From contig JAGASP010000053.1 in NCBI GenBank assembly GCA_017621695.1, forward strand, positions 4,787-68,786: a stretch of DNA of 64,000 nucleotides. The letters are read 5' to 3'. Shown piece after piece: positions 1 to 9,579 of the stretch. The position numbers and the translations under genes are program-made. The notes below the pieces were generated by a model that was given only the letters and a program-made list of their open reading frames with translations, made no database searches and was not told the DNA's origin. Origin of the DNA: Clostridia bacterium (GTDB lineage: Bacteria; Bacillota; Clostridia; Oscillospirales; CAG-272). Each line of letters opens with the position of its first letter. The stretch's first letter is position 1.

Positions 1-1
1 T

Positions 2-1042
2 CCCGAGTACTCCCGTGACATCGAGCCTGTGAAGGGGCTTTACAACGATAACTACTACTATCAGATGACCCAGAACATCCGCGACTACAAGGGTAGCCGC
101 GCCCCCCTTGCCGCCTTCGGTCAGCGTCCCATCGTCATGGACGGCCCTAGGTCCCAGTGGGATATTGTAGGTCCCGAGTTCCGTGACTATGTGGGTGACA
201 CTACCCACCGCGACGCTATGTCCTATGTGGGTAATCTCCACTACACTAACCAAAGCGGCCGTAATGACTTCACGGTGGCCAAGGTGTCCAAGAACGGAAG
301 TGACGTGGTCTTCTACGCCGAGTGCGCCGCAGATATCACCGCTCCCTCCGGAACAAACTGGATGAACCTCTTCATCAACGCCGATTGCGACTATACTACG
401 GGCTGGTACGGCTATGATTTCGTCCTCAACCGCACACAGAACGGCGACTCCTGCTCTGTTCATAAGTTCGTGAACAATTCTTGGGAGATGGATGAGGTGG
501 GCTCCGCCGTCATGACCGTCAGCGGCAATTACATCCAGATCAAGGTGGATGCCGAGCTCTTGGGTCTTGGCGATACCTTTGACTTCAAGTGGGCAGACAA
601 CTCGGTGGACAGCGGCGACATCATGCAGTTCATTGACCTGGGCGACACCGCTCCCAATGACCGCTTCAACTACCGCTACACTACCGTGGAGACCGAAGTT
701 AAGGCTCCCGCTTCCCTGACCGAGGACATGATTGTCCTCAAAGCCGGTTCCTACTACGCCTTCGCGGACGGTAAGATGGTGCGTTTGGATGAATCTTCTA
801 CCAAGGCGACCTTCTTCGGTGACAAGGAGCATCTGTACGTGCCCAAGACATTCGCCACCGAGGTCATGGGCCTGACCGTCAGCGGCGAGACCTACAACCA
901 CTACGGCGTCGAGTACGTGGATATTACATCCGCTCTCGAGAACTGCGGCAAGACTGTCATCCGTACCGACGATATGCTGGTGCTTGCTGACAAGGCGGTG
1001 GACGAGAACACGCTTCTGACCCTGTTCCGCGGGCTTTACTGA
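2..1042 (+). CDS. C-terminal 346 aa of a large secreted glycoside-hydrolase-like protein (5' end lies outside the window). Paralog of 32480-35584 and 5519-8389. Ends in a copper-amine-oxidase-N-like stalk domain.
   Basis: The frame is open from the window edge (PEYSRDIEP...). It is colinear with the C-terminal third of the protein at 32480-35584: EYSRDIEP, YQM.QNIR.YKGSRA, YTN.SGRNDF, TGWYGYD, DTFDFKWADNSV, DTAPNDRFNYRYTTV, LTEDMIVLKAGSY. Confidence 0.8.
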   Translation, partial: PEYSRDIEPVKGLYNDNYYYQMTQNIRDYKGSRAPLAAFGQRPIVMDGPRSQWDIVGPEFRDYVGDTTHRDAMSYVGNLHYTNQSGRNDFTVAKVSKNGSDVVFYAECAADITAPSGTNWMNLFINADCDYTTGWYGYDFVLNRTQNGDSCSVHKFVNNSWEMDEVGSAVMTVSGNYIQIKVDAELLGLGDTFDFKWADNSVDSGDIMQFIDLGDTAPNDRFNYRYTTVETEVKAPASLTEDMIVLKAGSYYAFADGKMVRLDESSTKATFFGDKEHLYVPKTFATEVMGLTVSGETYNHYGVEYVDITSALENCGKTVIRTDDMLVLADKAVDENTLLTLFRGLY

Positions 1043-1070
1043 TCGAAAAGTGTATTTTACGTTTCACCAA

Positions 1071-1113
1071 AACAAGCCTAATCCGAATTGCTTCGGGTTA
1101 GGCTTGTTTTATT
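1071..1113. terminator. Bidirectional rho-independent terminator between convergent genes
   Basis: 17-nt stem AACAAGCCTAATCCGAA / TTCGGGTTAGGCTTGTT with loop TTGC, followed by a T-rich run. Confidence 0.7.
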
Positions 1114-1160
1114 GATTTTCTTCGATGATTCTATGCCGGCAAGCTACCCGTGAAGTTCTG

Positions 1161-3641
1161 TCAGGAGGGTACTTCCTCGATCAGCACCACGGCACTGCTG
1201 TATGCCTCGGGCAGGGTGACGGCATAGCCCACCGTTTTCAGCTCATGGCCCGACACGGTGACCTCGAAGCGGCCCTCAGTGTCGGTGAGCTTGTAGGTGG
1301 CGGAATTCTTCACGCCCTTGAGTCTGAGCGAAAGAGTGTCCTCAGCAGCACCCGCGGGGCGGAACACCTCGAAAAATCCCTTCCCACTTGTGGGGTCGAA
1401 GAACTCCCATGCCATCCACTCCTTTTCGGAGCGGTTCCATTCGGTCAGCAGGTAGTAATCGTCGTCGTAGAAGCCCTTGATCTTCTCCCATTCATCGATG
1501 CAGGACTTCATGAGGTGCCAATCCAGCTCGGAGGAATTCAGATTGTAGCCAAGCACCGGGAAGCTACAGAAGGAGGAGCGCAGACCGTAGCGATCTACTT
1601 TGCTGCAGATGTCAGGACCCACCGCGACGGTTCCGAAGTAGGGCAGCCAGGAGAACAGGGAGGCGTTCATGCTCTGCTTGATGTCGTGCTCCGAATAGGC
1701 TCCGTCGCTCTTGTGGAGAGGAACGGCGCGGCGCATGGTCTCCAGATCGTTCCGTCCGCCGCCCGCGGCACAGGCGTCGATCATCATGTCGGGGAATCGG
1801 GCGATGATGCCGTCGAGGAACCACAGGTAGCCCTGCACGTAGAGATTCTCGGTGATTCCCGTCTGTCCCGCAGGGTCGTTGGCCTGCCACTCGGAGGCGG
1901 GGTACGCGACACCGTAATCCTGGCGGTAGAGGTCGATGTCGCCCTCCTCCAGAATGGTACAAACACGGTTGAGCAGCCACTCTCGAGCCTCGGGATTGCC
2001 GTAATCGATGAGCTTGGTGGAGCTGTTGGGGAGTAACCACTCCTTACGGACGCTGGTCTCTCCGAACAGGGCGGGATCCAGACGCACCACCTCGGGCTCA
2101 AACCACAGAATGGTCTTGGTTCCCTTGCTGTGGGCATAATCCGAAATAGCCTTGAACTTGGTCGGGAAACGGGATTCGTCTACGTACCATGTGCCCGTAG
2201 GTAGCCAAACGTCCAAAGATTGGGTTCCTGTCTTATAGTACCAGCCCGCGTCCATCCAGAAATAGTCCAGGGCAATGCCGTTATCGTGGTAAGTCTTGAT
2301 AGCGTCGATCTGATTCGCCTCATTCGCGCCCACCATTTCGCCATACATCCAGGAGGTGACCGCCGCCACGGCCGGTTCAAAGGCCTCTCCACCGGGTTTC
2401 CGCATATTACAGTCTATATAGAATTTTCTCCAAAGATTGGTGGCGCGGTCGGTATCGTTTCCGCTGTAGAAGAGGAAGCTGGAAAGGGGGGTCCGTATGG
2501 TCTGGCCGGGGAGCAGGTAGGTGTCCAGCTTGTACTGGCCGTCATAGATCCGCAGGTTGCCGTTCCAGGAGTCAAAGCCCGCGCGCCACTGCCCCGGCCA
2601 GCCCACCGCAAAGAACATGCCACCGCTGTTATGGGTCAGCTGGAAGTAGGGGAATCGGCCGTAGGTGCTTCGTCCCGTCTCGTTGTTGATCTCCAGATTC
2701 ATGCCCGAGATATTGATGTCGTAGGGCATATTGGGCATGCTGTCGTAGCCGCCGTCTCCGTAAATGCCCCGCAGATGGGGATTGACGGCCTGGATGGTGT
2801 AGTCGCAGCCGTTGATCTCGGATATGGTCGGGGAATTCTCGGTTCCCGTGTTGGTGAAGTAGACCGTCCACTCGTAGGCGGCGTATTCGGGGTACAGGGT
2901 AGCGACCAGAAGGATCTCCAACGTATCCCCGTAGCCGAAGCGGATGGTGGTGGTTTCGGAGAGATCGGTGGTCTCCACGTTGCGATCCAGCTCCTTGAAG
3001 TCCTTGCCAAAGCCGTGGTATTGGGTGTCCCCGATCTTAAAGGAGGTCGGGAAGGCGGACAGATTCCGAATCAAGGCGCGATAGGCGGCGACAGCATCGC
3101 TTTTTTCTATTGCCGACGCCTCGTTGGTATACAGGGCATCCATGGAGCCGAAGGGGATGATGGGGGTCTTATCGAACATCATCCAGAGTTGCACCTCGCC
3201 CTCGGATTCCCTTCCGCTTTCATACATCTGACCGCAGCTGATGTTCGACGTAAAATGCCAGACACCCGGCAGCTTGCCGTCGGGGCCTCCGCCGCTGTGA
3301 ACCATAAACATGTATTCGCCCGGTGCGAACTGACGGCCAAAGGGGATGTCCCGATGGGCGCAGTCCTGAATATCGGTAATGGACAGGTCGAGCAGGGGCT
3401 CTGCGCCGAGGGTGGTCCGGTAATCGGTATCCCAGCGGTAGACCGACAAGGTACAGTAGGTGCCCGCAACACCCCACGTCGGGAAACCCATGCGGACACC
3501 TGAAAAGGGCGCGTTTACCTGCACCCGAAGTCCGATCCCTCTCTTTGACTTGGGAATCTCCACGGGGATTGGATTTGTTGCTCCATCGATGTACATTTGC
3601 ACGACGGTGGGGTCATCAGAAAAAATATTGTCTGCGTACAT
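1161..3641 (-). CDS. GH36-like (clan GH-D, alpha-galactosidase-like) glycoside hydrolase, cytoplasmic, with an extra ~170-aa N-terminal domain
   Basis: Motifs DYFWMDAGWY, ILWFEPE, LYRQDYG, DACAAGGGRND. The N-domain pattern YPEYAAYEWTVYFTNTGTENS is shared with the paralog at 37322-39223. RBS GGAGGA is present. No signal peptide. Confidence 0.75.
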   Translation of the reverse strand: MYADNIFSDDPTVVQMYIDGATNPIPVEIPKSKRGIGLRVQVNAPFSGVRMGFPTWGVAGTYCTLSVYRWDTDYRTTLGAEPLLDLSITDIQDCAHRDIPFGRQFAPGEYMFMVHSGGGPDGKLPGVWHFTSNISCGQMYESGRESEGEVQLWMMFDKTPIIPFGSMDALYTNEASAIEKSDAVAAYRALIRNLSAFPTSFKIGDTQYHGFGKDFKELDRNVETTDLSETTTIRFGYGDTLEILLVATLYPEYAAYEWTVYFTNTGTENSPTISEINGCDYTIQAVNPHLRGIYGDGGYDSMPNMPYDINISGMNLEINNETGRSTYGRFPYFQLTHNSGGMFFAVGWPGQWRAGFDSWNGNLRIYDGQYKLDTYLLPGQTIRTPLSSFLFYSGNDTDRATNLWRKFYIDCNMRKPGGEAFEPAVAAVTSWMYGEMVGANEANQIDAIKTYHDNGIALDYFWMDAGWYYKTGTQSLDVWLPTGTWYVDESRFPTKFKAISDYAHSKGTKTILWFEPEVVRLDPALFGETSVRKEWLLPNSSTKLIDYGNPEAREWLLNRVCTILEEGDIDLYRQDYGVAYPASEWQANDPAGQTGITENLYVQGYLWFLDGIIARFPDMMIDACAAGGGRNDLETMRRAVPLHKSDGAYSEHDIKQSMNASLFSWLPYFGTVAVGPDICSKVDRYGLRSSFCSFPVLGYNLNSSELDWHLMKSCIDEWEKIKGFYDDDYYLLTEWNRSEKEWMAWEFFDPTSGKGFFEVFRPAGAAEDTLSLRLKGVKNSATYKLTDTEGRFEVTVSGHELKTVGYAVTLPEAYSSAVVLIEEVPS

Positions 3642-3769
3642 AGCGTCCTCCGATATGGGTGATGAATGCTTGGAAATGACAGTTTTATTATATTATTTAC
3701 CTACGCTGATTGCAATGCTCACCGTTGACAAATATTGTGTCATTTTTTGACATTGGCTAACAGTTCTTA

Positions 3770-3798
3770 TTGACAGAGGGCATGATCCGTGCTATACT
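3770..3798 (+). promoter_or_regulatory. Sigma-A-type promoter of the AraC gene
   Basis: TTGACA (3770-3775), 17-nt spacer, TATACT (3793-3798). The TTG that the ORF track used as a start codon is the -35 box. Confidence 0.5.
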
Positions 3799-3832
3799 GT
3801 ATACGGATATTGATTACCGGGGGAGGGCCTTT

Positions 3833-4885
3833 ATGTTCCGAAATGATCATCAAGACGAGTTTTATGAATTAACCCGTTCCGATATGTACGGCGAGGAAAT
3901 ATACGAGCAATACCACAGAGCCGTCCAAAGCGGCGATCTGTCCGGCTTTCTGGCATCCACGAATATGGAGGATGTAAGACAGCACCATATGTATTTGCCC
4001 CAGCTCACCCCCTGTCCTGTGGATCTGTTGTTGGAAAAGTTTTACTTTCCGGAGGATAACCGTCAGATCTATGTGTCCCATCATGTCCGTCATATGCCGC
4101 CGTTTCTTCACACCCATGAATTTTTCGAAATATCCTATCTGCTGGACGGCCGTGCGGAGCATACCATTGACGGACGAGTGCTGGCTATGAATCCGGGGGA
4201 TCTGTGTGTGATCCCGCCCTTTACCGAGCACAGCATGATCCGTTGCGACGGCTTGCTCTTTAATATACTGCTGAAGGCCTCCTCCTTTGAGGTCACCTAT
4301 CGCAGCTTACTGAACGATTACAGCTCCCCTCTTGTGTCATTTCTTTACCATAGCTTTTTCTGCTCCAACCTTTCCAAGTACTATTTTATCAAGAACACCG
4401 ACTGTCCAGAGGCAGCTCACGAGCTCTTGCAGCTCCTGATACTGGAAAAACTCCGTCAAAAAAACTGCAATGCCGATGATCTGCCCTATGTCTGGATGAT
4501 GAAAAGCTTTTTCGCTCTTTTATCCGAGAGATCGGCGGCTCAGAACGGCTCTTCGGACAATCTTCCCCTTTATCCGCATTCAGCGGTTCCCTCCATACTC
4601 AATTACCTCAAGCAGCACTATAAGGAGGCAACCCTGCAGAGCGTGGCCAAGGCATTCAATTATTCTCCGTCCTACGTCAGCCGATTGATTAAAGCCCAGA
4701 CACAAACAAATTTCGTCTCCATTCAGCGCAGGCTGAAGATCAACGAGGCTTGCCGTCTCCTCAAAGAGACCGAGCTTTCGGTGTCAGACATCAGCGCGGA
4801 GATCGGCTTTGAGAGTTGTAGCTCCTTTTACAAGGCGTTCATGGCACAGACGGGACATACACCCAGCGCCTATCGTATGTCTTAG
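3833..4885 (+). CDS. AraC-family transcriptional regulator (cupin sensor plus C-terminal HTH)
   Basis: The C-terminal AraC HTH pattern is present (ATLQSVAKAFNYSPSYVSRLIK..., ISAEIGFESCSSFYKAFMAQTGHTPSAYR). ATG 3833 is preceded by GGGGGAGG. Confidence 0.85.
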   Translation: MFRNDHQDEFYELTRSDMYGEEIYEQYHRAVQSGDLSGFLASTNMEDVRQHHMYLPQLTPCPVDLLLEKFYFPEDNRQIYVSHHVRHMPPFLHTHEFFEISYLLDGRAEHTIDGRVLAMNPGDLCVIPPFTEHSMIRCDGLLFNILLKASSFEVTYRSLLNDYSSPLVSFLYHSFFCSNLSKYYFIKNTDCPEAAHELLQLLILEKLRQKNCNADDLPYVWMMKSFFALLSERSAAQNGSSDNLPLYPHSAVPSILNYLKQHYKEATLQSVAKAFNYSPSYVSRLIKAQTQTNFVSIQRRLKINEACRLLKETELSVSDISAEIGFESCSSFYKAFMAQTGHTPSAYRMS

Positions 4886-5046
4886 TCCAATAACTTGCTC
4901 CCCGTCTACCGTTTTCACAAGTGATTTTTCGTTTGTACCCTACTAGCGGTTCTGGTCTTTTGTGCATGTGTGGAAAGAATGCATCCTGTTCGCATTATCC
5001 GTAGCATTTTTCATGTTTTTTCAAACTCCCATAGATGTTCGCTTTA

Positions 5047-5170
5047 GTTTGAAGTTGGCTCACCATTACCTGCATATGTCGAACACCTCGGCATATATCC
5101 GCTGCTTGAAATAAGTAGCGGAGTAAAACTGTTAGTCCATCGCATTTTGGGTCAACCTTCAAAGTCCTTT
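5047..5170. repeat. Interspersed intergenic repeat, family 1 copy (related copy at 25969-26125, fragments at 13995-14215)
   Basis: By-eye alignment of TTTGAAG..GGC.CACCATTACC.G.ATATGT.GAACACCTC.GCATATA...AAATAAGTAG...CCTTC.AAAGT.CCTT with 25969-26125. Confidence 0.6.
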
Positions 5171-5518
5171 CTTTTCTGATATGAATCAACTATTTTCGCA
5201 TAGATTCGTTTAATAATCCCCCACCCTTGCGGGTGGGGGAGCGGCTCCCTTTAAGAAAGGAGAGAAATAATTAAAAGTAGGAAAAAAGCTTATCTGTTAA
5301 CTCGCAACGAATTCAATACGATATATACTGATGTCGTCGTTCACTCCCATATAGTCGGTATCATGCCTCATAGTGGAATCCGTCCCGTAAAAACGAACCT
5401 CCATGATCGCAATAAACGTACTAATAGGATTGTGAAGACTCAGGATCAAATTCAAATATTTCGAATATTTAAAAAACATACTCAAAGATTGAATTTCTTG
5501 CCTATGTTATAGCTATAA

Positions 5519-8389
5519 TTATTCCTTTGACTTACGGAGAGGCACGACAACTATACCGCAAAGCAGAATCAGTACGATGGCTCCACCCGAAAGCGCAGAC
5601 TTGCATCCGCCGTTAGGATCATCGGTGTTTGAATTGGACGTAGCAGCACCGGATGTATCGGTAGAATCGGTGATGTCGGTATGCGCTTTAGTAGGCTCTT
5701 CATGAGATGTTTCGATCGTTGTCTCGGTGCGTGTATCGGTGTCCACCTCGGTCTCGGGCTCAGTAGGAGCCTCGGTAGGCTCTTCGGTAGGCTCTTCGGT
5801 AGGCGTGTTCTGGGATGCGCCGGGTATGTAATTCTGATACACAAAGTTCAATCTTCCCAGAGGAGCCGCATCTCCGTCGCAGTAGAAATCTTCCATCTCG
5901 TCGTAGACGGTGTCGCTGTCAGCGATCTTGAATTCTACGTTGATCTCTCGATATTCCTCGATACCTAACATGGACAGAGGAACAGCGATCATCATTTCGT
6001 TGTCCTTCACACGGTAGGAGACTTCACCGACTGTTTCGAAGGAGAATACACCGCCTTCTCCATTGTATTTAGCCACCGTGGTGGTGAAGGCATCCTTGGC
6101 CTTATGGTTGATGATGAAGTCATAACCATACCAGCCGGTCTCGCCCGACTCGGCATCGCGGCGGTCTACGTTGACGTAGAACTGCATCCAGGAGGATTCA
6201 GCATCATACATAGAGATATCGTTTACGGTCTGCACGTAGAAGTAAAGATTTTTCGAGTCAGAGGTCACCTTGGCAGCCTTGATATCGTTGCGTCCCGAAG
6301 TATTCGTATAAGGTGTACGACCGAATCCGATAGCATCACGATCAGCTGTGTCGCCTGTGGGATCGGTGTACGTCACGGTTATGTCGTTCCATTGATCAAA
6401 CTCGCCCGTGACGTTGATGGGCTTGCGGGAATCCTGCACGATCACAGGAGCCGTCCCCTTGGCGCGTTGGACGTTATACATGAGCTGCATGTAGTAGTTG
6501 TCGAAGTAACCTCCCCGCATCATTTCGGTGTCACGGGAAAACTCCATGGAGGCGGTGTCCACGAAGTAGATCCAACCGTCTTCGGTATCAATCCGTTGTG
6601 CAACCCATTCATTCCATCCCGTAACCAAAATGATGGGTGCGTCGGTAGAAAGGGCATGATCCCACTGCGCCTGGAAATTCAGGCCGTAGTTCGTGAGGGA
6701 GGGATCCTTCTTCCAAGCCTCGTAGGCAAGCCGCAGCGTGCGGCCGATTTTCGAATTGGAGGAAGGGATGCCGTCGGGATTCACAAAGGAGCGTCCGCGG
6801 TTATTGCAGTTGTTATACAGGGAAGAGTGGGTGAAGCAGACGGTGCCGCTATGTTGGGCAACCGAGACGTTAATGGCATGGGGATTACCCTTTTCGTCCT
6901 TGAAAACACGTTGAGGCCATTCAAAATCCAGACAAGGCCAACCGTTTTCTTTGGCTTCTTCATTCGGCCACTGATTCTGCTTGACCGTAAAGAAATCATC
7001 AATGTTCGCGTCGTAGGGAGCTACGATCACAGGCTTGCCATCCAACATGAACCATGTGTCAGGGAATTTGTTCGGCTTATATATAGCTTCGTATACAGCC
7101 TTAACCGTGTTATGGGCGTTGCCGTTGGTGTAGAAAACCACCTGCGGCGCGTCAAATCCCTGCTCGTTCAGCTCGTGCAGGATCTCCATGAGCTGTAACG
7201 CGTTATGAGTATACGGAAAAGCGTTAGTCACATCGAAAAACAGGAAGTCGATATTCGCCATGGTCAGAAGCTCCGCGTGCTTACGCATGACCCACGCATC
7301 ATTTGCGTAATAGTAGCCGTACAGAGGCTCGGAAAACCAGTGCATAGCGCCCACGGGACCGTATTTGCCGCAGGACACATTTCCGGCGGCCTCAATACCC
7401 ACTTCGTCGATGATCTTTTGTAGGTCAAAGACGCCGCTGTCACCATGCTCGCCATGCCATAAGAAATAGAACAAACCGATGTATCTCTCACCGTCTTTGT
7501 ATGAGCCAACCTCGGAAGAATCGAAGAGAGGACGGTTCAGATCGTCGGTTCCCGCATAGCCACCGTAGAGATAATTGTGATCATTGGGAACCGTGTAGGA
7601 TAGCCGCTCACCGTTGACCTCATAAGAGATGGTTACGGTCTTTCCATCCTCGGAAGGGGTATACTTGAGGGTCCCTTCATGGGTGTCCTCGTCGGTTGTC
7701 TCCATCTCCTTGTAGGTAGGATCTGGCCAATCCACCTCTTTGGAGGCCTCTTCTTCAGCACGCTTTTGCTCTTCTTCCCAAGCAAGCTTGGCCATATATT
7801 CGTCGTAATCAAACCCCCGCGCTTCTTCTTCGGTTGAGAAGAACGCAACGTATTTCATGTCGATCGAGTCACCGACTGCTACGTTACCGTCCAGGGGATC
7901 AATGCGGAATAAGGTAAAGGTAGCATCATCCGGGGCATCCTTCCAAGCGTCCATGGATGCGACTGCGGTCTCCCACTCCCCGGAAGGATTCCATGTCAGA
8001 CTTTGAATGGTACCGGGGAAGCCGATCATAAAGGCGTCCGAGCGGGTGCAAACGAGTAATCCTCCGCCGGGGGCAGTGGTTCGGTAGGCAATGGCGGCAT
8101 ATTTTGCCTGAGAAGGGGAACAGGCAGGGATTTCAAGACAGGTATAAGGATCGTCTGTCACAGCGGTGAATGTGGTATATCCATCTCCCATAGAAACTTC
8201 CAGATTTGTTGTGGAAGTGAACGTGGATTGAATGGCTTCTGTTGTGAAGTCATAAAGATATACGGGGTCGGATGTGTTGAAGGTTTTATCCTCCGCAGCG
8301 GTGACGAAGGGGATGCCGATGGTGCCGGTTGCACCAAGTAACAAAACGGCCAGCATCAGAGACAGTACTGTCATCAGTTTTCTTTTCAT
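5519..8389 (-). CDS. Large secreted glycoside-hydrolase-like protein (956 aa) with signal peptide, N-terminal accessory domain, TIM-barrel-like core, acidic P/T/E linker and Cys-containing C-terminal TM anchor
   Basis: Signal peptide MKRKLMTVLSLMLAVLLLGATG. Core motifs FYFLWHGEHG, HWFSEPLYGYYYANDAWVMRKH, VTGWNEWVAQR and EFSRDTEMMRGGYFDNYY are shared with 32480-35584. The C-terminus reads GGCKSALSGGAIVLILLCGIVVVPLRKSKE. RBS AAGGAG is present. Confidence 0.8.
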   Translation of the reverse strand: MKRKLMTVLSLMLAVLLLGATGTIGIPFVTAAEDKTFNTSDPVYLYDFTTEAIQSTFTSTTNLEVSMGDGYTTFTAVTDDPYTCLEIPACSPSQAKYAAIAYRTTAPGGGLLVCTRSDAFMIGFPGTIQSLTWNPSGEWETAVASMDAWKDAPDDATFTLFRIDPLDGNVAVGDSIDMKYVAFFSTEEEARGFDYDEYMAKLAWEEEQKRAEEEASKEVDWPDPTYKEMETTDEDTHEGTLKYTPSEDGKTVTISYEVNGERLSYTVPNDHNYLYGGYAGTDDLNRPLFDSSEVGSYKDGERYIGLFYFLWHGEHGDSGVFDLQKIIDEVGIEAAGNVSCGKYGPVGAMHWFSEPLYGYYYANDAWVMRKHAELLTMANIDFLFFDVTNAFPYTHNALQLMEILHELNEQGFDAPQVVFYTNGNAHNTVKAVYEAIYKPNKFPDTWFMLDGKPVIVAPYDANIDDFFTVKQNQWPNEEAKENGWPCLDFEWPQRVFKDEKGNPHAINVSVAQHSGTVCFTHSSLYNNCNNRGRSFVNPDGIPSSNSKIGRTLRLAYEAWKKDPSLTNYGLNFQAQWDHALSTDAPIILVTGWNEWVAQRIDTEDGWIYFVDTASMEFSRDTEMMRGGYFDNYYMQLMYNVQRAKGTAPVIVQDSRKPINVTGEFDQWNDITVTYTDPTGDTADRDAIGFGRTPYTNTSGRNDIKAAKVTSDSKNLYFYVQTVNDISMYDAESSWMQFYVNVDRRDAESGETGWYGYDFIINHKAKDAFTTTVAKYNGEGGVFSFETVGEVSYRVKDNEMMIAVPLSMLGIEEYREINVEFKIADSDTVYDEMEDFYCDGDAAPLGRLNFVYQNYIPGASQNTPTEEPTEEPTEAPTEPETEVDTDTRTETTIETSHEEPTKAHTDITDSTDTSGAATSNSNTDDPNGGCKSALSGGAIVLILLCGIVVVPLRKSKE

Positions 8390-8423
8390 AATCTTTTCTC
8401 CTTATTGATTTATGTGGTTGAAA

Positions 8424-9464
8424 TTATACCGGGAATTCAGACTCCAGATCGCGTATGAGACGTTTTATGGGATCTTCCATACGGCCATATTCGTGGATAC
8501 CGTCGAAAACAATACACTCAAACCATGTGTCGGGATCAATGCCCGCATGGCGACTGTAGGCCTTTACTTCGTCAGTAGCGGCATGGGTATAATTGGATGC
8601 AAATAACTCATCATGATCTCCCATCTCTACACACAGGCGGCGAGGGTAGCAGAGGCAGGCGATCTCTGCGTCATCATAAAGAGCGGCAGCACCTTTCCAA
8701 GACCAGTCGGGCCAGGCGTAGTGGCGGCGTTGACTGAAAAAGGAAGAAGAAACGGCAGAGCGGATACGGGGGTCAGCGGCCGTGGTAAAGAGCGTGTAAT
8801 GTCCTCCATAGGAAAGCCCCACCATACCGACCGACAAAGGGTTCAGGGCAGACTCAAAGTAATCAATGGCCCGTGTGATGGCGTAGACCTCCAGAGCGGT
8901 GACGGATCCTCCAATTCGCCTGAGACGCGCGTCAATGGAAACGCGATCGTAGGGTTGACCGTAGAAGGAAGGATCCCAAAGCAGAAGAGCAGGCATGAAA
9001 ATATGGACTCGATGGGGCATGAGGTGGGAGACCATACCGTTATAGTTGACGTCACTCCCCTCGAAGTAGAAGCCGGAGATCAATTCGGGGGTGCCCGCTC
9101 CGCCGTGTTGGGCGATGACCAGAGGACGGCGCTCGTCGGTGTTGAGGCGGAGATACAGACCTGTCAGCCACAGACCCGACAGAACCTCGATCCGCATACG
9201 AATCAGGGTGTAGTTTCCTTCATCTCCTAATTCCTCGATGATCTCAGCAGTAGGAATCGGGCGGGGGATGGAAGCGTTCAGGGGCCATCCGAGCATATCC
9301 AGGTAAGCCTTGCGGTGGGTTTCTTGTTTGTCAAAAATATCGGCACAGTAGGCGTTGCGTATGGATTTCAGCTCGTCTTCACGGGATGCGATGAGGGCAT
9401 TCAATTCGGTAAGATAGCGAGCCTTGTCTGACTCTGTGTGGTGAGGATCTTCACGGAAGTGCAT
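8424..9464 (-). CDS. Alpha/beta-hydrolase fold esterase (carbohydrate-esterase-like)
   Basis: Nucleophile elbow GLSYGG, an alpha/beta-hydrolase-like layout and RBS AAGGAGG. Sits 34 nt upstream of the next gene in the same orientation. Confidence 0.65.
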   Translation of the reverse strand: MHFREDPHHTESDKARYLTELNALIASREDELKSIRNAYCADIFDKQETHRKAYLDMLGWPLNASIPRPIPTAEIIEELGDEGNYTLIRMRIEVLSGLWLTGLYLRLNTDERRPLVIAQHGGAGTPELISGFYFEGSDVNYNGMVSHLMPHRVHIFMPALLLWDPSFYGQPYDRVSIDARLRRIGGSVTALEVYAITRAIDYFESALNPLSVGMVGLSYGGHYTLFTTAADPRIRSAVSSSFFSQRRHYAWPDWSWKGAAALYDDAEIACLCYPRRLCVEMGDHDELFASNYTHAATDEVKAYSRHAGIDPDTWFECIVFDGIHEYGRMEDPIKRLIRDLESEFPV

Positions 9465-9579
9465 AGAAATACCTCCTTGCTATTTACTTTATTTACTGAA
9501 TTACGAGGGGGGACTGTCTTCGAAAAAAACTTGTCGCAGATCATGCAAGTATCTACTGTCAACCAAACAGAACCGTTAC

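Noticed and set aside
3770-3832. Upstream extensions of ORF-track starts (3770, 11141, 14345, 26133, 37052, 42267, 46322, 51190, 53175, 56357, 57676, 59359).
   Set aside because: The extensions lack RBSs, often begin at non-ATG codons and run through promoters or repeat arrays; for example, TTG 3770 is a -35 box and 53175/56357 run through the heptamers. Internal ATGs with good AGGAGG-type RBSs, and where relevant proper signal peptides, were preferred.
5078-5090. The repeat core contains TGTCGAA, identical to the Bacillus Spo0A 0A-box consensus.
   Set aside because: A 7-mer match is expected by chance. One copy reads TGTTGAA. I have no evidence that the organism sporulates or that these sites lie near promoters.
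5297-5485. A 62-aa ORF on the minus strand in the AT-rich gap downstream of 5519-8389.
   Set aside because: It has no RBS, no recognisable motif and an odd composition. It is kept only as a very weak possibility.
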